Positions 1-6,123 of a stretch of DNA of 28,214 nucleotides are shown here, piece by piece; position 1 is the first letter of the stretch, and the number at the start of each line of letters is the position of its first letter. Origin of the DNA: a virus (Duplodnaviria > Heunggongvirae > Uroviricota > Caudoviricetes); the IMG/VR virus record IMGVR_UViG_2657244961_000001; one strand, written 5' to 3'. A program made the position numbers and the translations under genes. Below the pieces are notes generated by a model, which saw only the letters and a list, made by a program, of their open reading frames with translations, was not told the DNA's origin and ran no database searches.

Positions 1-138
1 CTCCAGTGGTTCCGTGTTGGTGATGTGATTTACGTCATGACGGGGATGACACCCGCACAAGGCCGCATGACTGAAATCCTTTCTGACGAATTTATCCGGG
101 CGCAAAAACAGGCGGAGGTAAACAATGGAAAACAATGA
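1..138 (+). CDS. 3' end of an upstream early-region gene (partial, hypothetical protein)
   Basis: Only frame open from position 1; ends at TGA 136-138; translation LQWFRVGDVIYVMTGMTPAQGRMTEILSDEFIRAQKQAEVNNGKQ. Confidence 0.35.
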   Translation, partial: LQWFRVGDVIYVMTGMTPAQGRMTEILSDEFIRAQKQAEVNNGKQ

Positions 139-307
139 AACATCGTATTCGTGGCTGGGGACATTTACCACTGTGAAGCAGGAATGTCCGACCTGCGGTA
201 ATGAAAACCCTGAATATCTGAAAGAGTGCCCTCATTGTGGTGGGCAGAAATGCAACCACTGCGATATGGGCGATGACACGGCGTGCATGAATTGTGAAGG
301 TGAGTGA
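125..307 (+). CDS. small Cys-rich protein (four CxxC motifs, putative zinc ribbon), hypothetical early protein
   Basis: ATG at 125 preceded by GGAGG at about 114-118; 60 aa with CPTC, CPHC, CNHC, CMNC. Confidence 0.5.
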   Translation: MENNETSYSWLGTFTTVKQECPTCGNENPEYLKECPHCGGQKCNHCDMGDDTACMNCEGE

Positions 308-308
308 T

Positions 309-617
309 ATGAATAATGGTGTATTTTCAAAATCAGAAGAGCTTGCCGCCCTGCTGATTGCCGGTGGTTTGCCGAAAAAAGAAGTGCATGACTTTGTGAA
401 TTTTGTATATGAGACGTCTCATGAAAAAGCTATTGATGAGGTCATGGCGTACCGGTTTGGCATTATTGCTGAGTCACTGAGTCCTCACTGGATTATTGAA
501 AATCTCCGCGCTATTGCTGATGGCAACGATAAATCAGCAGCCGTTGCTGCACTGGATGTGTTACGGCAAATGAGTCTGAAATTTTATCCTGAATTTATTC
601 TGAGGGCCGCAAAATGA
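309..617 (+). CDS. hypothetical early protein (about 103 aa)
   Basis: ATG at 309 preceded by AGGTGAG; an in-frame GTG at 294 is an alternative start; stop overlaps next start (ATGA at 614-617). Confidence 0.5.
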   Translation: MNNGVFSKSEELAALLIAGGLPKKEVHDFVNFVYETSHEKAIDEVMAYRFGIIAESLSPHWIIENLRAIADGNDKSAAVAALDVLRQMSLKFYPEFILRAAK

Positions 618-916
618 ACAATGAAGATAAATTTACTCCCCTTAATATTGATAACGTCATGGCTGAAAAAGGGATGCTGGAACGTGTTCGCGCTATCGTT
701 GAATATGGTATTAAGCATAATCTCACCGCCAGAGAAGTCCGTGACATTATCAACCGCGAAATGAATCGTCTGGAAACAGTAGTGGCACTGCAAAATGAAA
801 CAGCCCGCGAGGAGTACATCCGCCGCAGGCTGGGGTTATCAGACCAGGATATTGTTACTGACGCTCATGTGTTTGAGGCTTTTGAGATCCGTCAGCATCT
901 GGGTCTAACGAACTGA
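614..916 (+). CDS. hypothetical early protein (100 aa)
   Basis: ATG at 614 preceded by GAGGG; six-frame ORF 614..916. Confidence 0.5.
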   Translation: MNNEDKFTPLNIDNVMAEKGMLERVRAIVEYGIKHNLTAREVRDIINREMNRLETVVALQNETAREEYIRRRLGLSDQDIVTDAHVFEAFEIRQHLGLTN

Positions 917-1121
917 TAATGTCTTCCATGATCTTTGACAGTTGCATGTTTTCGCGGCGGCTTGTTCTTATTGCAGGCGCATCTTTTAAAATCTCTGCTG
1001 AAGAGCTGAAAATGGCTTGGCCCTCTTCTGCAGTGATGATCGCCTTCTTCACCAGAAGGCGCACCAGTGCTGATGCAATCGCATAACCTGCAACATCATA
1101 AGGTTGTACATTATTTTCCAT
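855..1121 (-). CDS. hypothetical small protein (88 aa) on the opposite strand to the early operon
   Basis: Minus-strand ATG (complement of 1119-1121) preceded by GAGAGGA 4 nt upstream; fills a 274-bp gap (917-1190) with no plausible + strand ORF; 3' end overlaps 614..916 convergently. Confidence 0.35.
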   Translation of the reverse strand: MENNVQPYDVAGYAIASALVRLLVKKAIITAEEGQAIFSSSAEILKDAPAIRTSRRENMQLSKIMEDIISSLDPDADGSQKPQTHERQ

Positions 1122-1190
1122 AAAATCCTCTCTGATTGATGTGTAAATTCAGGCGGTGTTGCAGCACCGCCTCTTTCCGGAGGTACGATC

Positions 1191-1742
1191 ATGAGTCGCA
1201 CATCCCTGATTAAATTAATCCATGTCGCCCGTCGGGAGCTACAACTCGACGATGACACTTACCGCGCTTTTCTGATGCAGAACACGGGCAAAATCAGTTG
1301 CCGCGAGCTGACGGTTACGCAACTGGAACAGGTGCTCGATGCCATGAAAGAACGCGGCTTTAAAAAGCTGAATAAACATCCACGTCGCCGCTTTAAGGAA
1401 CATGTCACGCCCCGCGAGAAGGTGTATAAAATTTGGCAGCAGATGGCAGAAGACGGTTTTATTACCGATGGCGGTGATGTGGCGCTGGATAAATATGTTC
1501 AGCGCCTGACCGCGAAACGCAACGGCGGACAGGGTGTTTCCACACTGGCGTGGTGTCACGGAGAATCGTTGCAGGTTGTGCTTGAAACCCTGAAACAGTG
1601 GCACATCCGCTGTATTCGTGAAGCCTTTTCCCGTCACGGGCTTCCGTTGCCGGTCAGTCCGTCCGGGCGTGAACTGCGCGGCTATGATGCCATGACGGCG
1701 GCTTATGCCCATGCCAGAAAGACACGGAGGATGGCACAATGA
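1191..1742 (+). CDS. gemA: GemA-like protein (Mu gp16 family)
   Basis: 183 aa, ATG preceded by GGAGG; size and position immediately upstream of mor match Mu GemA as I recall it. Confidence 0.75.
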   Translation: MSRTSLIKLIHVARRELQLDDDTYRAFLMQNTGKISCRELTVTQLEQVLDAMKERGFKKLNKHPRRRFKEHVTPREKVYKIWQQMAEDGFITDGGDVALDKYVQRLTAKRNGGQGVSTLAWCHGESLQVVLETLKQWHIRCIREAFSRHGLPLPVSPSGRELRGYDAMTAAYAHARKTRRMAQ

Positions 1743-2128
1743 CGGAAGATTTATTTGGTGATTTGCAGGATGACACCATCCTGGCACATCTTGACAATCC
1801 CGCCGAGGATACGTCACGCTTTCCGGCACTGCTGGCGGAGCTGAACGATTTACTACGCGGGGAATTGTCCCGGCTGGGTGTTGATCCGGCCCATTCACTG
1901 GAGATTGTTGTGGCTATCTGTAAGCATCTGGGCGGCGGTCAGGTCTACATTCCACGCGGTCAGGTTCTGGACTCGCTGATTCGGGATTTGCGTATCTGGA
2001 ATGATTTTAACGGTCGCAACGTCAGCGAACTGACCACCCGTTATGGTGTCACTTTCAATACGGTTTACAAGGCCATTCGCCGGATGCGACGGCTGAAATA
2101 CCGCCAGTACCAGCCCTCACTTCTGTAA
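1739..2128 (+). CDS. mor: Mor-like transcription activator (Mor/C family)
   Basis: 129 aa, start overlaps gemA stop (ATGA); sequence MTEDLFGDLQDD... recognised as Mor-like; followed by a terminator hairpin. Confidence 0.75.
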   Translation: MTEDLFGDLQDDTILAHLDNPAEDTSRFPALLAELNDLLRGELSRLGVDPAHSLEIVVAICKHLGGGQVYIPRGQVLDSLIRDLRIWNDFNGRNVSELTTRYGVTFNTVYKAIRRMRRLKYRQYQPSLL

Positions 2129-2133
2129 ACAGT

Positions 2134-2158
2134 AAAGCCGGTTAATCCGGCTTTTTTT
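2134..2158 (+). terminator. rho-independent terminator after mor (AGCCGG stem, 5-nt loop, T7 tract)
   Basis: aaAGCCGGttaatCCGGCTttttttt read directly from the sequence. Confidence 0.55.
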
Positions 2159-2205
2159 ACGTCCTCAATATCCTGTGATGAATAACCGTACCGGGGGAAA
2201 TCATC
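2159..2205 (+). promoter_or_regulatory. candidate Mor-dependent middle promoter region (position inferred, no motif verified)
   Basis: Only non-coding stretch between the mor terminator and the first middle-operon ORF; distance from here to the hairpin after C is about 1.2 kb. Confidence 0.2.
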
Positions 2206-2424
2206 ATGGGTAAAGGCTGGAATGCATCCTTTCATCTTGGCAGACGTGAGCGGCTGCGTCAGGAGGTTTTGCACCGTGTCGCCGGTGGGCCACGGCCTGC
2301 GCCCCGCGACTATACCGGTCATGATGGCACCCACGGCAGTTATTACATGAAAGGCTGGCGGTCAGTTGATATGCCGGAAATTCTTCATCATTGCCTGCTT
2401 TACAGGGAGAAACATTATGTCTGA
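2206..2424 (+). CDS. hypothetical small basic protein (72 aa), first ORF between mor and C
   Basis: ATG preceded by GGGGGA; stop overlaps the start of the next ORF (ATGTCTGA), suggesting coupling. Confidence 0.3.
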   Translation: MGKGWNASFHLGRRERLRQEVLHRVAGGPRPAPRDYTGHDGTHGSYYMKGWRSVDMPEILHHCLLYREKHYV

Positions 2425-2779
2425 GCGTTCTGCTCATCAGTGGCCTGATTTTTTATCGGTGGTGTTACTGGCGCTGTTATTGTGGATAAGTCTGTTTTGT
2501 GGCTGGCGCGCGCTGATGTTTTGCTGTGCCTCGGTTTTCAGTGTTGCTTTATGTGTTGCCGGTGATTGTCTGGATGCGCTGATAATGAGCTGCCGGGTGC
2601 CTGAACATTTTGCCCGGTTCGTCTGGCCTCTGACCTGGCTGGGGAGTCTGTCCGGGCTGGGATTAGCCGTGATGGCAACGTCTCAACTGAAAACGGGTCC
2701 TGAGCATGTCATCTGGGCGCTGGCCGGATTGCTGACGTTCTGGCTCTCCTTTCGTTTTCGTGCTCGTCTGTTCGGGTAA
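2417..2779 (+). CDS. small polytopic inner-membrane protein (about 120 aa, about 4 predicted TM helices), function unknown
   Basis: ATG at 2417 preceded by AGGGAGAAA; hydrophobic stretches FLSVVLLALLLWISLF, LMFCCASVFSVALCVAG, FVWPLTWLGSLSGLGLAVMA, VIWALAGLLTFWLSF. Confidence 0.45.
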   Translation: MSERSAHQWPDFLSVVLLALLLWISLFCGWRALMFCCASVFSVALCVAGDCLDALIMSCRVPEHFARFVWPLTWLGSLSGLGLAVMATSQLKTGPEHVIWALAGLLTFWLSFRFRARLFG

Positions 2780-2788
2780 AGGGGCACC

Positions 2789-2908
2789 ATGTACAGAAAA
2801 TTCAGTGATGAATGTTTCGGGCCGTCCACGCTGATTAGTGCGATAAAAGTGATTGCCCTTGTGGTTCTGATAACCATCAGTGCCGTGGTGTATCTTTCTG
2901 TCTGTTAA
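2789..2908 (+). CDS. 39-aa single-TM peptide (not in the supplied ORF track)
   Basis: ATG 2789 preceded by AAAGGGG; translation MYRKFSDECFGPSTLISAIKVIALVVLITISAVVYLSVC, stop TAA 2906-2908. Confidence 0.3.
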   Translation: MYRKFSDECFGPSTLISAIKVIALVVLITISAVVYLSVC

Positions 2909-2920
2909 CCGGGGGAAAAT

Positions 2921-3343
2921 ATGCAGCATGATTTATTTGAACACGATCCGGCAATTCGCCAGTTAATCGGACACATTGATAACATCCCGGCCCCGGAACT
3001 GGAATCACGCTGGCCCCGTTCGGTGGTTGATCTGATTGATGTTCTGGAAAACGAACTGAAACGCCAGAACGTCAGCAATCCCCGTGAGCTTGCCCGTAAA
3101 CAGGCCGTTGCCCTGTCCTGTTTTCTGGGCGGGCGGCAGTTTTACATCCCCTGCGGCGATACGATCCTGACCGCGTTACGCGACGATTTGCTTTACTGCC
3201 AGTTCAATGGTCGTAACATGGAAGAACTGCGTCGCCAGTATCGCCTGTCCCAGCCGCAGATCTACCAGATTATTGCCCGCCAGAGAAAGCTGCATACACG
3301 ACGTCATCAGCCTGATCTGTTCTCACCTGAAAGCCAGAAATAA
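2921..3343 (+). CDS. C: C-like late transcription activator (Mor/C family)
   Basis: 140 aa; ATG preceded by GGGGGAAAAT; shares the C-terminal FNGRN...Y..I motif region with the Mor-like protein; sits directly upstream of the endolysin. Confidence 0.75.
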   Translation: MQHDLFEHDPAIRQLIGHIDNIPAPELESRWPRSVVDLIDVLENELKRQNVSNPRELARKQAVALSCFLGGRQFYIPCGDTILTALRDDLLYCQFNGRNMEELRRQYRLSQPQIYQIIARQRKLHTRRHQPDLFSPESQK

Positions 3344-3366
3344 CCGGCATCCTGCCGGTTATTTCC
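3342..3366 (+). terminator. hairpin overlapping the C stop codon (8-bp perfect stem AACCGGCA/TGCCGGTT, 3-nt loop), possible middle-transcript terminator
   Basis: Perfect inverted repeat at 3342-3360 followed by ATTTCC; the U tract is weak. Confidence 0.3.
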
Positions 3367-3377
3367 TGTCACCATAA

Positions 3378-3387
3378 TCCCGCACCT
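3378..3387 (+). promoter_or_regulatory. TCCCGCACCT motif, candidate late-promoter element upstream of lys
   Basis: Identical 10-mer recurs at 11229-11238 upstream of the I-like gene, at a similar distance from the start codon. Confidence 0.3.
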
Positions 3388-3434
3388 GCCATCTGATTTT
3401 TTAGACTGCCATCAGCGCATTTTTTCAGGGAAGC

Positions 3435-3953
3435 ATGATGGCGGGGATACCAAAAAAACTGAAAGCCGCACTGCTGGCGGCAACGATTGCCGGTGGCGGT
3501 GTGGGTGGTTATCAGGAAATGACCCGTCAGTCTCTGATCCATCTGGAAAATATCGCTTATATGCCTTACCGCGATATTGCCGGTGTGCTTACGGTCTGTG
3601 TGGGACATACCGGGCCGGATATCGAAATGCGCCGTTACAGCCATGCGGAGTGTATGGCTCTCCTCGACAGTGATTTAAAACCGGTTTATGCGGCAATCGA
3701 TCGTCTTGTCAGGGTGCCGCTGACGCCATATCAGAAAACGGCGCTGGCAACGTTTATTTTCAACACCGGTGTTACCGCATTCAGTAAATCAACGCTGCTG
3801 AAAAAACTCAATGCCGGTGATTACGCCGGAGCGCGTGACCAGATGGCCCGCTGGGTGTTTGCCGCAGGCCATAAATGGAAAGGACTGATGAACCGTCGCG
3901 AAGTGGAAATGGCTATCTGGAATATCAGGGGGGCGGATGACCTTCGCCAGTAA
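3435..3953 (+). CDS. lys: endolysin, T4-lysozyme-like with N-terminal signal-anchor-release (SAR) domain
   Basis: 172 aa; Gly/Ala-rich weakly hydrophobic N-terminus LKAALLAATIAGGGVGG followed by an E...D...T arrangement (LENIAYMPYRDIAGVLT). Confidence 0.85.
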   Translation: MMAGIPKKLKAALLAATIAGGGVGGYQEMTRQSLIHLENIAYMPYRDIAGVLTVCVGHTGPDIEMRRYSHAECMALLDSDLKPVYAAIDRLVRVPLTPYQKTALATFIFNTGVTAFSKSTLLKKLNAGDYAGARDQMARWVFAAGHKWKGLMNRREVEMAIWNIRGADDLRQ

Positions 3954-4323
3954 AAGTTTACTGCTGGCAGCCGTGTTTGCCGCCGTTCTGTCCGGGGTGT
4001 TGTGGCACAGGCTGGACAGCACCCGCCACGATAACCAGACACTGCGCCGTGAATTACAGACGGAGCAACAGGCCCGCAACACGGCTGAATGGTTGTTACA
4101 CAGTCAGGAACAGACGATGCAGGTATTTTCTGCTATCCGTGCCGCAAATCGTGCCGCGCGGCTGGCAGACGAGACAGAACATCATGATGCAAAACAAAAA
4201 ATTACAACCGCCATTACCGGTGACAATTGCAGCACTCGTCCTGTGCCTGCCGTTGCTGCTGACAGGTTGCGGGAACTCGAAAAACGCACCCGTGCCATCG
4301 GTGGTGATCCTGCCCGAAACTGA
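3937..4323 (+). CDS. inner-membrane spanin (Rz-like)
   Basis: Starts inside the endolysin stop region; N-terminal TM LLLAAVFAAVLSGVLW then charged coiled-coil-like region; contains an embedded out-of-frame lipoprotein ORF. Confidence 0.6.
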   Translation: MTFASKSLLLAAVFAAVLSGVLWHRLDSTRHDNQTLRRELQTEQQARNTAEWLLHSQEQTMQVFSAIRAANRAARLADETEHHDAKQKITTAITGDNCSTRPVPAVAADRLRELEKRTRAIGGDPARN

Positions 4324-4525
4324 TGCAGAACTGACGGAAGCAACGCCCGTTCCGCCCATGCCACAGCCCCTGACGTGGGGAGCATCCCTTCTCTGGAATG
4401 CTGACCTGTTGATGGCGCTCGGGCAGTGCAACCGCGACAAGGCATCAGTCCGGGAACAGGAGACCCGAAGGAAAGAAATTTATGAACGAAGACCAGAACC
4501 GGGCGGTGGCGCTGCTGCTCGCTGA
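4184..4525 (+). CDS. outer-membrane spanin lipoprotein (Rz1-like), starting inside the i-spanin gene in another frame and extending beyond it
   Basis: Internal ATG at 4184; signal peptide MMQNKKLQPPLPVTIAALVLCLPLLLTGC with lipobox LTGC; Pro-rich mature region. Confidence 0.5.
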   Translation: MMQNKKLQPPLPVTIAALVLCLPLLLTGCGNSKNAPVPSVVILPETDAELTEATPVPPMPQPLTWGASLLWNADLLMALGQCNRDKASVREQETRRKEIYERRPEPGGGAAAR

Positions 4526-4676
4526 ACTCTGGCAGGGGGATACCCGTGATATTCCCCGCCCGGCGGCGTATGACCCGCCTGTATTGTGTGCCGGTTGCGG
4601 TCGTGAGCTGCGGCCTGATGTGCTGAGACAGCAGCCGATGGCGAACTACTGCCACTGGTGCCGTGGAGCAGAATAA
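4482..4676 (+). CDS. small hypothetical protein with two CxxC motifs (CAGC, CHWC)
   Basis: ATG preceded by AAGGAAAG; 64 aa; stop overlaps next start (TAATG). Confidence 0.45.
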   Translation: MNEDQNRAVALLLAELWQGDTRDIPRPAAYDPPVLCAGCGRELRPDVLRQQPMANYCHWCRGAE

Positions 4677-4975
4677 TGGATTTGATTTCAGTTTTAGCGT
4701 TATGGCCTTACCTGTTGCCTGTTGTGGCCGGTGGGGCCGTCTGGGCGATGCGTCGTAGTTTTGCCAGCACCGAGCGTGTGGAGCGTCTTGAAAACCGGAT
4801 GACCGAAATGGAAACCCGCTACGCCAGCATCCCTGGCACAGAAGATGTACACGAAATGCGCCTGCGAATTGCAGAGCTGTCCGGCGATATCCGGGTGCTG
4901 TCCCAGCGGGTGCAGTCATTTTCCCATCAACTGGAGCTGCTGCTTGAAAACGCAGTAAACCGGAGTAATTCATGA
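4676..4975 (+). CDS. small membrane protein with N-terminal TM and coiled coil (Mu gp25-like, possible lysis accessory)
   Basis: ATG at 4676 preceded by GGAG; TM LISVLALWPYLLPVVAGGAVWAM then heptad-like region; an upstream in-frame start at 4658 is possible. Confidence 0.55.
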   Translation: MDLISVLALWPYLLPVVAGGAVWAMRRSFASTERVERLENRMTEMETRYASIPGTEDVHEMRLRIAELSGDIRVLSQRVQSFSHQLELLLENAVNRSNS

Positions 4976-5262
4976 TTAACGATATTCTGACCGAAGACCG
5001 TCGTCTGGTCATCCTGCGTTCCCTGATGGACTGCAATAACGAAGCAAACGAATCCATCCTTCAGGACTGTCTGGATGCATACGGACACAACGTTTCCCGC
5101 GATGTGGTTCGCGGCCAGATTGACTGGCTGGCAGAGCAGCAACTGGTCACCGTGGAAAACCTGCGCGGCTTTTATGTCGTAACGCTGACCTCCCGAGGTC
5201 AGGATGTGGCAGAAGGTCGTGCCCGCGTTGCCGGTGTCAAGCGCCCTCGTCCCCGTGCATGA
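4972..5262 (+). CDS. hypothetical protein (96 aa)
   Basis: ATGA overlap with upstream stop; six-frame ORF 4972..5262. Confidence 0.55.
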   Translation: MINDILTEDRRLVILRSLMDCNNEANESILQDCLDAYGHNVSRDVVRGQIDWLAEQQLVTVENLRGFYVVTLTSRGQDVAEGRARVAGVKRPRPRA

Positions 5263-5273
5263 CAGGAGGCGTG

Positions 5274-5849
5274 ATGGACAGGAAAACACGGGGCCGGGCT
5301 TCAAAAGTGGATTTACTGCCGGAAAACGTACGTAAAACGCTGCATGAAATGCTGCGTGATAAAGCGATCCCACAGGCCCGCATTCTGGAAGAAATTAACG
5401 CACTGATTGAAGACGCTGGCCTGCCGGATGAGATGAAACTCTCCCGTTCCGGTCTGAACCGTTACGCGACGAACGTCGAGCAGGTAGGCCATAACCTGCG
5501 ACAGATGCGTGAAATGACGTCAGCACTGACCGCAGAACTTGGCGACAAGCCAATGGGAGAAACCACAAAGCTGATTCTGGAAATGGCCCGCAGCCAGCTT
5601 TTTAAGGCCATGATGCGGCAAATCGAAAACCCGGAATCTGACGTGGATATTGACCTGCTGAAAAATGCCATGCTGGCGGCACAGCGTCTGGAATCCACGG
5701 CAATGTCCAGCCACCGGCGCGAGAAAGAAATCCGCCAGGCGTTCGCAGAAGAAGCGGCAAACGCTGTCAGTGAAGAACTGCGCGGGCAGGATGGCATCAG
5801 CGAAGAACTGGAGCAGCGCATCCGTGATGTACTGCTGGGGAAAGCGTAG
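5274..5849 (+). CDS. putative terminase small subunit-like protein
   Basis: ATG at 5274 preceded by AGGAGG (5264-5269); acidic, helical protein directly upstream of the large terminase; function assigned by position only. Confidence 0.55.
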   Translation: MDRKTRGRASKVDLLPENVRKTLHEMLRDKAIPQARILEEINALIEDAGLPDEMKLSRSGLNRYATNVEQVGHNLRQMREMTSALTAELGDKPMGETTKLILEMARSQLFKAMMRQIENPESDVDIDLLKNAMLAAQRLESTAMSSHRREKEIRQAFAEEAANAVSEELRGQDGISEELEQRIRDVLLGKA

Positions 5850-5859
5850 GCGTTACGTT

Positions 5860-6030
5860 ATGAAAAATAATTACAAAGCACAGCTAATCAGTGCCCATAA
5901 AAAAGCCTTCAGGATTGCAACATTGTCTGATGTCCGGTTGATACACCAGATTCGGGATGTGCTTGTTCAGGCCATGGCTTCAGGCAATTCATGGCATACC
6001 ACCATAAAGCAACTAAGGATGTTGTCCTGA
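5860..6030 (+). CDS. hypothetical 56-aa ORF between the terminase genes
   Basis: Internal ATG of six-frame ORF 5665..6030; weak ribosome-binding site. Confidence 0.25.
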   Translation: MKNNYKAQLISAHKKAFRIATLSDVRLIHQIRDVLVQAMASGNSWHTTIKQLRMLS

Positions 6031-6123
6031 GGAGATGAAAATGGCGGATGCCCGGCGACGGCAGGTCAGGTGATCGGTTGTTCCTGGATTCGCCGGTAAC
6101 GTTTTACACCGGATTTTTCACCC

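Noticed and set aside
2065-2437. Two - strand ORFs (2065..2334 and 2204..2437) around the mor/middle-operon junction
   Set aside because: Overlap the mor 3' end and terminator and compete with + strand ORFs that show coupling and ribosome-binding sites; no start signals seen; kept only as a caveat for the low-confidence ORF 2206..2424
3977-4183. N-terminal 69 codons of six-frame ORF 3977..4525
   Set aside because: The track's start is upstream of the real feature; only the part from the internal ATG at 4184 has a lipoprotein signal peptide and lipobox, so the upstream portion is treated as non-coding in that frame
4182-5057. 291-codon ORF on the - strand
   Set aside because: Antisense to five well-supported + strand lysis-region genes; Arg/Ser/Pro-rich translation typical of a spurious antisense frame
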